Part shown: piece by piece, positions 30,593-44,144 of the stretch
Layout of the letters: each line of letters opens with the position of its first letter
How positions within the stretch are numbered: position 1 is the first letter of the stretch
NCBI GenBank assembly: GCA_964016885.1
Contig: OZ024761.1
Span: 15,500,001-15,564,000 of the forward strand
DNA from: Eledone cirrhosa
Taxonomy: Eukaryota
Direction of reading: 5' to 3'
DNA length: 64,000 bases
Notes under the pieces: generated by a model
What the model saw: the letters and a program-made list of their open reading frames with translations, nothing else
What the model was told of the DNA's origin: nothing
Databases searched by the model: none
Made by a program: the position numbers and the translations under genes

Positions 30593-30876
30593 TCACTAAA
30601 TAATACTTTGAGATGTTCAAAAATATTTTAAACGCAATTTTCACAATTTTGGCATAAAAACTTTTCGCCATTTTGAATTTTCAAATTTTTGTTTGATTAT
30701 ATATTTATTGGTATTTTTACGGTCTTCCATTATAACTGGAACACATCAAAATCAATGCAAGATCCCTCGTGACAGACATGCATGCACAAACAAATTTTGA
30801 AAGGCCCTTTTAGATTGTGAATCACTAAGCTGTGCTAATTTGCATGAAGAAAATTTGAATTAACATTCAATAATGA

Positions 30877-31200
30877 TTAAGCATCGAAAAACAAATAAAG
30901 GCAGAGGGCAGAACTGAAAAAAAAGTTACTGACAATGCAATTGTAACCTAAGCAAACGTGAAAGAACAGCCGAACTCCCACTGTCATCGCCTCCATCCCT
31001 CTGGCCCTCCCCATCTCTCCGTATGGTAAGCAAATGGGGTCCCACGTGCTGCCCCCCCCCCCCCCCCCCACAGCCCCGGTGGATAGAATGGAGAAGGCGT
31101 TTCCCCGGAGGATGGTAAGGGAGATGCGTTGGAAGAGCCATTCCATTTCGCGAGGCTCACACCCGCGGTTGACCAGCTCAGCGCCTATGGTGGTGAGTAG
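30877..31200 (-). mobile_element. 3' fragment of a CRE-like non-LTR retrotransposon, in intron D-E
   Basis: EPREMEWLFQRISLTILRGNAFSIL resembles the C-terminal FQRIS..I.RGNA motif of CRE/SLACS-type elements. Confidence 0.55.
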
Positions 31201-31339
31201 GGAGGACACCAGAAATCTCTACTGCCAAGGGTACGACCGCAATGATATTTTTACGGTCTTCTATTATATATTTATTGATATTTTTCAAAATTATTTATGG
31301 TCTTCTATTTTCTTTCTCTTCTTTATAAATATATATTAG

Positions 31340-31418
31340 TTGCGGCTTCTATCACGGGACTGTTGGTATTTCTTCTCATGTCAATCTGTATCATTGGATT
31401 CATCGCCATACGAAGAAG
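31340..31418 (+). CDS. C-type lectin receptor exon E (transmembrane helix)
   Basis: Pyrimidine tract plus TAG acceptor; AG|GTACGT donor. VAASITGLLVFLLMSICIIGFIAIRRR is a hydrophobic helix followed by a basic stop-transfer. Phase 1 to phase 2. Confidence 0.88.
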
Positions 31419-32038
31419 GTACGTTGTTCTTTGCGCATTCCTTTTTAGTTCCAATATTACTGCTATCCATCTTTGTGTTAAATGACCAGAGACCAGAATT
31501 CGACATAATGATTATTTCTAACTTTGGCACAAGGCCAGTAATGTGGAGGTAGGAGAAAGCCGATTATGATGAACCCAGTATTTAACTAGTACTTTATTTT
31601 ATCTACCCCAGACATGGCAGGATTTGAAATCAGAGCGCACCCAGTCAGAACGAATTCTTCAGAGCATTCTATCTGGTGCTCTATTGATATTGTCAGTCAA
31701 CATAATAATTATTAAAATAATATGCTAGATAAGGTCAGAATTATTCAGCTAGTCCATCAAAATCAACATTCTATGTCAGTTTTTCCTGCTTCATGGTTTG
31801 GACAGGTCTTCCTCAGTATAACATGTATGTATTTATGTATGTTCTAGGGTGTAGGGCACAATTTTGGAACTAGGTAGTTAAAATTGTGCAAATGAGCACA
31901 TCTTTTCAACGAGAATGTCAAGGGTTAGAAATTTGTTCATACTTCCTCTGAACCCGAGTAGAGCCGAGTAATGCTGCTAGTTATGTCATATATTCTACCA
32001 ATATTCCTTAAGTCATTTTCTTTTCTTACATTCTGCAG

Positions 32039-32459
32039 GCGTTCACGAAAGAGCAATCGTCCCGGCATTCCCCGAGTCACTGAAAAATCAGTGGTCTTCA
32101 ACAAGCTTCGCTGCGAGAGCATGCGCAATGGAAGCGCCTCGTTCCCGATGTGCAGCAGCAGTCACATTGGACACCTCCACTTGAGTGACGACACCGAGCA
32201 TGCGTACAGCAGCGACAACGAAGTTATCTACGAAGAGATTGACAACAAAATCGTGCGCTTCCCGGAGAAGGAGGACCTGATGGTAAAACTGGTACCGCAG
32301 AACATATACGTGAATAACAACAACAACCCGGGAATGAGTGGCATGGCAAATGGTGGCAGTGCAGCCGACGACCACAAACGGCGCCATTCCCTTCCGAACG
32401 ACATTTACACAACGGCTGCTGGACCGTCAACACACAACCCTCATTACCAAGAGGTTTGA
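32039..32459 (+). CDS. C-type lectin receptor exon F (cytoplasmic tail, terminal coding exon)
   Basis: ttttcttacattctgCAG acceptor, phase 2 matching exon E. GC-richer open frame RSRKSNRPG...VIYEEI...NIYVNN...RRHSLP...HYQEV ending at TGA 32457-32459. Exons A-F total 1258 nt (418 sense codons after the split first codon). Confidence 0.88.
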
Positions 32460-32593
32460 CTCATAATTCGTGATTTGGTCAGAATTCTGGATGTGCCAGA
32501 GGCTGGCGTAGTTCTTCAAAAGGATGATGACTCAGATGAACAGATCCTTGAAGAGAAGGTGGACTAAATGGGGCTTTGATTGAAAAATACATA

Positions 32594-32616
32594 AATAAAC
32601 AATAGAATAAAATAAA
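32594..32616 (+). terminator. Cluster of AATAAA polyadenylation signals downstream of the lectin stop
   Basis: AATAAA at 32594 and further AATAAA hexamers from 32606, in A-rich sequence where they could also be chance. Confidence 0.4.
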
Positions 32617-32710
32617 TTTTAAATAAACAAACGAACAAACAGAAACGGAAAGAAAAAAAGAGGGACTTTTTTTGTATAAGAAATTTTTTTACAATGCATA
32701 TATATATATT

Positions 32711-32742
<32 letters not shown>

Positions 32743-33498
32743 GAATTTTTTTACAAGGCATATTATATATATATATATACATATTATATATATATATACA
32801 CATATATATCTATATATATACATATTATATATATATATATATATACATATTTATATATACATATTATATATATACATATATATATTGTATATATATATAT
32901 ATTTACATATTATATATATATATATAAGAATTTTTTCTACAAGACATTATATACATATATATATGGATTTTTTCTACAAGACATTATATATATATAGATA
33001 TGTATGTATGTAAATATACACCCATTGTTCCCTACTTCATATAGTGATTTTTTTTTTTATCATCCCTGTTGTGAAACTGCTCGTTTATACATACTTGCAT
33101 ATACACACATATACATGAACAAATATACAAATACATACATACATACATACATACATACATACATACATACATACATACATACATACATACATACATACAT
33201 ACATACGTGCAATCATAACCTTTAAAAGAATTTGAACCAAAAAATAAGCATTATGTTTCAAGTGATATTCCATTTCCATTCAGCCATTCAAACATCATTT
33301 TTTTACACGTCTGCACAGCCTTATAACAATGTTCTTTTGGCGTAGTTAATTGTCAGTTGGTTAATCATGTGACCAGTCACGTGACTGTGTTGTATATGTC
33401 ACTGAATATCAGTAACTCTATAATGTAGGGAGTATGACAAACATTTAAATCAAAAAGAACAAAAACTTCTTTCCATGGTGTCTGTGTTTTTTTTTAAG

Positions 33499-33558
<60 letters not shown>

Positions 33559-35891
33559 CATTTTAAACAAAACAAACAAATTTGTTTTCTTTTTTGTAAA
33601 AAAGAAATAACAAAACAAAAACTTGCGTTACAAAATGTACTACATTCTACGACTGTCATATAAGAAAAGTATTTGCAACGTAAACACCGAAATGAATATA
33701 CAGACCCTTGCAAAATATGAATGAGATCTGGGAATATCCGATTGGCATAACACCACTGAACAAATAAAAACATTAAGGCTTGTCCAGCAAATATACTCAG
33801 TTGTATCAAATTCGTTTTCATATAATTATCATTTGAAACTGAATGCAGCTTTTTTTGTTTACATGAAACGTCAAGCTTTTTTTTTTTTCCTCCGTTTTTA
33901 ACGTTTTATCTGGCAAAAATTCTTGGGAAAATGATACGCTTGAAATTGTATAAAAATAATATAAACACTAATAATGATAACACTAACTTGTATATATATA
34001 TATGGGTGTGTGCATATATATATATATATATGTATATATACGAACAGGCATATGTATACATACATGAATTCATCTCATCAAGGTTTTCTTTGCTTTTTAT
34101 TCAAGTGATTACCTTCAAAATTTAGTGCCTTTTTCATTTAGACCATCAGAGCAGATGAAACACATGCTCACATATATCACCACAACCACCACCACCCACA
34201 CTGTTAAGTGAGTTACCCCCTCCCCCTCTCTTACTCTTTCTCTCTCCCACCAAAACCTACTTTCACTGTCACCTATAATTCTTTTTTTTGGGGGGGGGGG
34301 GGGGTCCTTTAGTTTTAGTAATTAATAATATTAACATTTATTTCTAATATTTTTTGTTATACTAACGTATAATACTAATATCATTAGTAATATTGACCGC
34401 TTTTGTATTTTTGGTTGCTTTGACTCTGGCTGGACACACAGAGAGTCTTTGTATGTTTCTTCTATGGGAAAACAGAAAGCAAAGTATTGTGGCATTCCAT
34501 ACTTAACCCTTTCATTAATGTCTTTCTAATGAAATACACTGCCTAAATGTTTCATAATTAATTTCGAAATTAACCCAGAATTTGTAGGAATTTAATTTTA
34601 AAATAACTAAATTTTTCCTTAGTAAGCTGATATTTAGAAGATTACTTAACAAAAATTTCTAAAATAAAATTGTAATGGATGGTTTTAATATAAGGATTAA
34701 CATTTTAGAATTAGAAGATTGTTTTAATATAAGTATAAACATTTTAGAATTAGCAGTTTTGTATCATAAATCCAAGGCAGTTTTTATCAAAAGCCATGCA
34801 TATGGGTGAAATCAATTAGCGTCATTTGAAAATCGAAGTACGTTCTCCAATATCAAAATCGGATTTTGATTCCCTGGCGTCCATCAAGTTCTGTGAGCTG
34901 CCACATCACAAAAGTAGGAAGAGAAGCCTTGGACTTACCATAATACACCTAATGTTCTTCCCATGAGAATGTTTAACAAAACAAAGAACAAAAAAATAAA
35001 TGAACTAAAAGAAAACAGAAGAGTCTAGACCAGCGTTTTAGGAGGGTTTAAGTTAGGGAGTCGGAGAAGGGCTGTATAATTCAAGAGGAAAAATATTCTA
35101 AATTTTAAAAAGTGGGGGTTTTAAGCTTGATAAGTTATGGGGTGTTCTGAATTCGGTAAGTTGGGATTCTTGACAAAAAAAGATTAAGTGAAGGAAATTT
35201 AGAAAACAAAGGAATATAGGGGTCTAATTTAGAACATTATTTGTGTTTTTGTTTTTAGATTCAAATAGATAGGAGCTCTGACTAGAGTGTTATAGATTAA
35301 AAAAGTAAAAGGTTTAGACCAGAGAAAAATAGAAAGGTTCTAGATTAGAATAATGACAGGTCAAGACGGGAATGTTAAGGAAATCTAAATTAGAAAAATG
35401 GGGTTTTGACTCAAAAGTTCAGGGCTGAGACCAGAGAGTTAAGAGGATCTAGGTTAGAAAGAATAGGGGCTGTTCTAGATTATAAAGTCAGATGTCTAGA
35501 CCAAAAAAGTTAGGCGTCTATAATAATCTAAAGGATGTACCATAAATTTTCTTATCACCATTTCTTAACTTATGAATTTCTGAAATCAGATACCCAAAGA
35601 AAACTGATGGCCGCTATCTTCCTTTCTCATATATATACACTTACAGAGACAACATACATTGTCGCTAACTCACACATACATAGATACAGAGGCGACACAC
35701 ACAAGCACTACACATAGATACAGGCAGACTAAACCCACGAATATGAAGAAATATGAAGACAATTGCTACCCGGAGAAGATGGTGATGGTACATTGAAAAA
35801 CATTCAATGGTACCCGTGATGGACACCCAGTCGTCTGGCTACATTATATATATATGTATATATAAATATAAATATAAATATATATATATAT

Positions 35892-36110
<219 letters not shown>

Positions 36111-36637
36111 AAATATATAATATATATATATATATATATATAAAATATATGTATGTATATATATATATATATATGTATATATAAAATATTATATATATAT
36201 ATATAAAAAATATATTATATATATATATATATATAAAATATATAATTTAATATATATGTATATACATATATAATTTAATATATATATACATATATATACA
36301 TATATATATATAAAATATATATATTTCCGTTTAAGTTAAAATTCCCCTGACCAAATCATGGATATGAGTCCCTTTTTATTATTTCAATTTTATTTTTACA
36401 CTTTTTTTTTGTTTTGTTTTTTATTTCCCAAAATTAAATGAACGAATCTCCACAAGGAAACCCACCGCGAATTTGTCACGTGGTTTCGTGATATGACCAA
36501 GCAAGCAACATGAAAGCAAGTTAACTATAATCTAACTAAACAGAGTTACAATGTTGATATGCTTGCCCACACATATAAATATATATGTATATATATATAT
36601 ATATAAATATATATGTATATATATATAAATATATATG

Positions 36638-36677
<40 letters not shown>

Positions 36678-36713
36678 TATGTGTGTATATATATATATAT
36701 GTATATATGTGTG

Positions 36714-36745
<32 letters not shown>

Positions 36746-36749
36746 AATA

Positions 36750-36780
<31 letters not shown>

Positions 36781-36795
36781 TTCTATATATATATA

Positions 36796-36829
<34 letters not shown>

Positions 36830-37054
36830 GATATATATGTATATATATGTGTATATATATATATATATACATGTATATAATATATGATGTAACACTAAAA
36901 TTAATTATGGAATGAAAATGCCATACCAAAGAGACGGAATGGTCCGTGGATATATAATATATGGTTACCATGGCTATATATATATATATTTGGTTACCAT
37001 AGCTATATATATATATTTGTTACCATAGCTATATATATATCTTTGTTACCATAG

Positions 37055-37093
<39 letters not shown>

Positions 37094-37221
37094 TGCCATG
37101 GAAATGATTCACGGACGTCCTGATCTGTGTTGAAGATGTCACCAATCTGTTAAAGTATAGACCGTTATCTTCCGCCAGATAAGACGCACCCCTCAACAAA
37201 TTTGATATTGAGATTTGCCTG

Positions 37222-37252
<31 letters not shown>

Positions 37253-37399
37253 CCGATGGTTGAATACAAGATTCTAGTCATAATCTCTCATTAGGCACAA
37301 GGCCAGTAATTTTTTTTTTGGGGGGGGGGGGGGCGTGATTATATTGACCCCTGTATTTTATAACAATAATAATAATAATAATAATAATAATTTTTTATA

Positions 37400-37835
37400 T
37401 ATTTGGCACAAGGCCAGCAATTTGAAGGGAAGGCGAAAGTCGAATAAATCGACCCCAGTGAATTACTGGTGCTTTATTTTATCGACCCCGTAAGGATGGA
37501 CGGCAAAGCTAACCTCGGCAGGATTTGAACTGAGTCCGTAAAGGACCGTAACTCTATGCTACGAAGCATGGTGTCCGACGCTCTACCGATACTGCCAATC
37601 CACCGAACATAGTAATAATGGTGTGTTATATAGGCACAAGGCCAGCAATTCCGGGGAAATGGAAAGTCGATTAAATCGACCCCAGTGCGTTACTGGTACT
37701 TTATTTTATCGACCCCGTTAGGATCAAAGGTAGAATTAACCTCGGCTGGATTTGAACTCAGATCACAAAGGGCCGTAACTCTATGCTGCAAAGCATGGTG
37801 TCCGACCCTCTACCGATACTGCCAATCCACCGTCC
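37400..37835 (-). mobile_element. Two tandem SINE family A copies
   Basis: Consensus matches at about 37400-37605 and 37628-37835, in (AAT)n context. Confidence 0.82.
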
Positions 37836-39127
37836 TTGACCGCTATACTGCTAATAATAATAATAATGTTTTTTTTTTATATAATAACAATAATATGCTA
37901 TACAGAAGCTATGTATAAATAGCTGAATAATTACTTTTTTTTCTTCAAAATAGGGCTGCGTCTTAGATTTCGAAAAATACACCAAACAACCCCTTTTATT
38001 TTTATTTTCAATTTTTTTTTTATTATAAATTACTCCTTCTACTCCTCGCTATCTCTATCTCTTGTGATTGCTATTTTAATTTCTTCTAGAATTATTTTTG
38101 TCTTTAAATTCAACCTTGATTCATACGCAATCCTTAAAAGGTAAAAAAGTGAAAACGAATTCAAGGAGAGAATTTATTTATGATATATATATATATATGT
38201 GTGTGTATGTGTGTGTGTGTTTGTACATGTATATATTCATTCTCAGTTTAATATTTTCTGTGGTGGTCTTTCCAGTTTGACACCGGAACTGCCATGAAAG
38301 AACTAAAATACATAAACTATGCTTATATATATATATATGTATGTATATAATCTCTACTGCATCTTTGTTTTATTTTGTTTTTCTCCTCCTTAGACACTGC
38401 TTCGGTAGTCTCGTATAAAATCTGACTGGACTCAGAATCATATATTACGTCAGTGATTCAAGGAATTTAACTCTTAACGTCCTGTTCAGTACGAACTCAC
38501 ATGAGCAAGACGGGTATTCTTGAAAAGTACAAAACAGCACTAAGACTGCATCGCATTAAAAAAAATATGAAGCCTTTACTCTCTACTGTTGCACAAAGAT
38601 TTCTCCACTCGAAAAGATGCGATAAACATTTGAATTAACAATCTCGTTTTTAGATATTTTCTAAAGTAAGTTCTTCTGGTGAAGCCCGTATATACATGTG
38701 AAGGGAGGATAGGAAAAAAGAGGTGTAAACTACTTTATACACTCATCTATCGTATCAAACAGAAGGATATTTATTTGAAATTGTAATTAATTCAATTTTT
38801 AGATTTCAAATGTTTTATAGCTACAGATAGACCTAATTCCGTTTCCATCTTCATTTAGGATGTTAAGAGTTGATTAACTTAACTGAAACACTGACTGATC
38901 CCCCCCTCCCCTCTTTTTTTTCACTATTGCTTTGGGAAATGAAATATTAATAATATAAACTGACAGTTCAACACCCAAACAAGATTCAATCAAAAATAAA
39001 ACATGGTTGTTTAAATCATGTATCAACTATCAACTTTTGATCATTTATTTGTATAAAATGAAAAAGAACATGAAGAAATAAAACTTTTTTCTTTTTTTCT
39101 AGTAAGACAAAAAACTAGAATTCTGGT

Positions 39128-39580
39128 TTAACCCTTTCATTACCATATTTCTAATGAACGACACTGCCTATGTTTTAACCCTTTCATTACCAGAGTTCTA
39201 ATGAAAGATAATGACTGTCTTTAAACCTTTCATTACTACACTTCTAATGAAAGACACTACCTATGTCTTTAAACCTTTCATTACAACATTTCTAATGAAA
39301 GACACTACCTATGTCTTTAAACCTTTCATTACATTTCTAATGAAAGAGACTGCATTTGGTATGATTTTCAAGAATTTAAAAAGATTTAGTAAACTAACTA
39401 ATCATCTGATTATTAAGCTGGTGTCTGGAACCTAACTTAAGAAAGGTTTCTACATAAAATTATGATGGAAGGTTTGTTTTTCATTTTTCGATAAATATAA
39501 ACTCCTTGAAATAAACAGCTTTGTATAGTAGAAAGAAGAACCAGACCCGGTTTCAGGCAGTTTGGTATCAAAAGGGTTAA
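39128..39580 (+). mobile_element. piggyBac-like (TTAA...CCCT) non-autonomous element; relatives at about 12500-12953 (-) and 34503-34790 (+)
   Basis: TTAA-CCCTTTCATTACC ... GGTATCAAAAGGG-TTAA termini. Confidence 0.6.
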
Positions 39581-39716
39581 ACCAAACTGGGGACCAAAAT
39601 TGTTTCTGTTATTGTTGTTTTTTTTTGTTTGTTTATTTTGCTTTTCTTTGATTACTTTACTTTTTCTGCCAATTACAAATATCATTATTAATATTAATAT
39701 CATTATTATTATTACA

Positions 39717-39750
<34 letters not shown>

Positions 39751-39964
39751 CTATGAAGAAAGAGTTATTATGTTTGTCAACGTTTTCTTTTTCAGACATG
39801 AACAAAAGCACATTTTTTTTAAATATAAAAACTAAATTTTTTTTTTTTTTTTTTACAAAAAAAATGTTTTTTTTCAGAAATCGAAATATAAAATTTCATA
39901 CTTTTTGTGCGTGTTTTGTGTTGTTTTTATTTTCTTGATTTTGTGTTGATTTTTATTTTTTTTT

Positions 39965-40670
39965 AGTACTGGTGCCGTAGTAAAATGCACCTAGTACATT
40001 CTGTAAAGTGGTAGTGCTAGTACCGTAATAAAATGCACCAGATACACTTTGTAAAGTGGTAGTGCTGGTGCCGGGATAAAATGCACCCGATACACTGTAA
40101 AGTGGTAGTACTGGTGTCGAGATAAAATACATCCGGTACACTGTTAAGTGGCAGTGCTAGTGCCGAGATAGAATGTACACAGTACACTCTGTAAAGTGGT
40201 AGTGCTGGTGCCGGGATAAAATGCACCCGATACACTGTAAAGTGGCAGTGCCAGTGCCGTGATAAAATGTACCCGGTACACTCTGTAAAGTGGCAGTACT
40301 AGTGCCGAGATAAAATGTACCCGGTACAATCTGTAAAGTGGCAGTGCTCGTGCTGAGGTAAAATGTATCCGGTACACTCTGTAAAGTGGCAGTGCTAGTG
40401 CTGAGATAAAATGTAGCCGGTACACTCTGTAAAGTGCTGGTGCTGAGATAAAATGTATCCGGTACACTCTGTAAAGTGGCAGTGCTAGTGCTGAGATAAA
40501 ATGTAGCCGGTAAACTCTGTAAAGTGGTAGTGCTGGTGCTGAGATAAAATACTTCTATTGCTGGTGCCGTGATAAAATGTACCCGGTTCACTCGGTAAAG
40601 TGCTAGTGCCGAGATAAAATGCTTCTAGTGCGGGTGCTGCAATAAGATGCACCTGATGCATTCTATAAAA
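39965..40670. repeat. 46-48-bp minisatellite, ~14 copies
   Basis: Unit ctgtaaagtggcagtgctagtgc(c/t)gagataaaatgtacccggtacact. Confidence 0.9.
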
Positions 40671-41607
40671 TGGTAGGGGTGGTAGTAAGTGCGCGATACT
40701 GATGACTGATAGCAATAATGAAATATGTATAGAATTCTCTTTCTAGCACAGATACTGGGCTAGCTGTGGTATGATCACAGCTTAAAATACTTTTAGAATA
40801 AACATACAAAAGTCTCACTATCTAAACATATTGAATATTGGTTCATATACACTGTGAAGGCGCATTTCTTAGTGGTTAGAGCATTGGGCTTGCAATCGAA
40901 AGGTTGTGAGTTCAATTCTCGGACCGGATGATGTGTTGTTTCCTTGAGCAAGACACTTTATTTCACGTTGCTCCAGTTTATTTAGCTGTAGAAATGTCGA
41001 TGATAGGACTGGGGTCCCTGTCATTAAATCACCCAAGACACCTCCAGCGAGATATACCTTGGAGGAGGCCAGCTAAACCTGCATAGGTGTGAACTGTAAC
41101 AACAACATATACACTGGACATATTTTACGAGCAAAACCACCCGGCAGGAGACCCAAGGGTAGACGGCAAGCAAAATCGTTGGATAACATCCATGAACTTG
41201 GCTTATCTCGTTTTGATCACCAGCTGGATCAATAGGAGACATTTCCTTCTGGCAGACCCACTGGTAGGACTGTGTGAGAACTCTGCTCACACGATCTTCC
41301 TAGGAATAAGTGGACGAAGAAGAAGGTTCATATATGCTTTCACAAACAATATATGTGCCTGTCCGTTGTATGTGTGTATGTCTGTGTGTGCGTGTGTTTA
41401 TGTGTGTGTGTGTGTGTGTCTGTGTGTGCGTGTGTTTATGTGTGTGTCTGTGTATGCATATGTGTGTGGAAAATGATAAGAATGACCTTTCAGTTATTAT
41501 TCTTATTTTTCAAATATATTTTACTGCACCAAGGATTTTTAAAAATATTCTAGTGTAAGGGTCTAGTGGACAGTGATTAAACAGAACAAATGTCTGCAGA
41601 TGGAAGA

Positions 41608-41651
<44 letters not shown>

Positions 41652-41774
41652 AAGGAGGAGGAAGCGAATTAAATTTGCTCAAGTGTCTGTTGAATTATAT
41701 TTGGCATATATATACACTATATATATATATATATATAGACCAACACTGGGGGGAACTAAAAGGACGAAAAAACG

Positions 41775-41983
41775 GTTCAGTACTATACGAACATGCCAGA
41801 CAACAACACGACGGTAACATAGACAGCATAGAAATTAGAATAATATCTAAACATAGAAATGACCCAGCAGATAGGCAAATCAGAGAGGCCAGTGAAATAG
41901 AACTTAGAAGGCCAAGGCTAAACAGAAAGAATGAATGGAATAACAACAACACCCAAACAAACAACACTGACCTAAGAGAAGTA

Positions 41984-42014
<31 letters not shown>

Positions 42015-42493
42015 ATACACAAGCACAATAACAACAAACACATATAAACACACACTAGTAAAGATAGAATACATTAACCAATACACAGTCACCCAATCAC
42101 GAACACACATCAAACAAAACACTATACACACACGCAAACGCATGCGCAAAGAAGACAAAATAAAATAAACAAATAAATAAATATATAAACAGACTAAATA
42201 AAGATGGCGTAGAAAATACAATGCAATGGGAGGAAACAATAGCACCACTGACGATGTTGCAGATGTGCAACGAAAGAACTTTGATAAACTATATATATGT
42301 GTTTGTGTCTATATTGTATCTGTATTATTTTTGACCGTTGGTCAGTCAATGGCAACATTGAGGACCGAATAAATTAGATTACCGATATAAAAGACACAGA
42401 AGCGAAAAGCGAAAACCAACCAAACAGTGAGTGTGTTCTGTTATTAATTCTGGCAATATTACACAAATATGAACCTCCCCAAGTATAACAATA
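41775..42493 (+). mobile_element. ~700-bp Penelope-like terminal-repeat element, copy 2
   Basis: Near-identical to 26431-27135, with a small insertion near 42315; ends in (TA)n. Confidence 0.65.
42244..42285 (+). ncRNA. Minimal hammerhead ribozyme-like motif (identical to the 26904 copy)
   Basis: Same sequence as 26904-26945, inside the second copy of the ~700-bp element. Confidence 0.65.
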
Positions 42494-42525
42494 TATATAT
42501 ATTTATATATATATATATATATACA

Positions 42526-42569
<44 letters not shown>

Positions 42570-43642
42570 TATATATACACTATATATTCACTATATTTAT
42601 ATATATATACATACATACTATAAATATATATACATACATATACATATATATCTACATATGCATGTATATACATATACACATATATATATATATACATATA
42701 CATGTATATATATATATACATATACATGTATATATATATATACATACACACATATATACATACACATACATGTATATATATATATATACATGTATATATA
42801 TATATACACTATATATACACTATATTTATATATATATACATACATACTATAAATATATATACATACATATACATATATATCTACATATGCATGTATATAC
42901 ATATACACACATATATATATATACATATACATGTATATATATATACATACATGTATATATATATATATATATACATACACACATATATACATACACACAT
43001 ATATACACACACATATATATACACACACACACATATATATATACATATACACACACATTTATATATATAGTAAATAGTATTGTTCCTTTTATTACAGTAG
43101 CGTATTGTATGAAGAATGATTGTCCATGACCTCGTGAGAAAGACAAACAGACTGATTCTCTGATAGTAACACGTGACCTAATAAACGGATGAATCGCAAA
43201 GTCAAATGGTATTGCGTAACACAATCCTTTTACGCCGCGGAAAGAAGGATTTCCAATTTAAGCACAAGAGAGAAATAGCAGCATTAAGAATTCAGCATTC
43301 AGTAATCAGAAGAGGTGAGATAGGCCTAATAGCCAAACTCACTGTAGCGGAACTATTTCAAACCTCGCAACAACGTTTCATACGTGATTTGGTTAAACAA
43401 ACCAATCGTTTTAGATTGCGTATGAATACATTTATTGCCTCTTCCATATAAAACCTTCTGGTTCACCAAAGAGATAACTCTCTTGGACAGCGAGATGAAA
43501 AGACCTACTACAGGATAACTCTTACTGTGATCCTCCTATAATCCTGCTATGAGGAATTGATCATTTATCAACAAAGCATGCTCCACATTTCTACGTTGTT
43601 TTCTATATGAGATATTCTACCGCGTGTATAGAAATTTGGCCT

Positions 43643-43992
43643 TCATCATCATCATCATTCATCATTTCATTTTACGTCCGCTTTTCCCTGCTTGCAAGGG
43701 TGGGACGGGAACTGATTCTGGCTTGATTTCTACAGCTGGATGCCCTTCTTAACACCAACCTCATTTACAGTGAGTGCTGGGGCTTTTTTTCCGTGGCGCC
43801 TACACGTCCACTTTATAGTGGAATGATAGAGACCCCGGTCCCTATCATCTCATTTCTACAGCTGAGTAAACTGGAGCAATGTGAAATAAAGTGTCTTGCT
43901 CAAGGAAACAACACATCACCCGGTCTGAGAATTGAACTCACAACCTTTCGATTGCAAGGCCAATGCTCTAACCACTAAGCCATGTGCCTCCT
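43643..43992 (-). mobile_element. SINE family B
   Basis: Reverse complement of 27548-27890. Confidence 0.85.
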
Positions 43993-44144
43993 TCTACAAT
44001 AAATTTACGTTTATAGTGAATTGAGTGTTAAAAAGGATAATTATTTATACATGGATGTCAGAAGCCTGTCGCTGCAAGTAAAGAGTATTAAATAATCATT
44101 TGACTCCTCTTTTCCCTATATCACTATCTTCAATTAGTTTTCAA

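Noticed and set aside
32445-32456. C-terminal YQEV as a PDZ-binding motif
   Set aside because: Gln at position -2 does not fit canonical class I, II or III motifs; kept only as a Tyr motif.
43075-43640. Non-repetitive, moderately GC-rich block (similar blocks at 59590-60050 and 2925-3110)
   Set aside because: No sustained open frame or recognisable motif; probably old transposon remnants, not assignable without a search.
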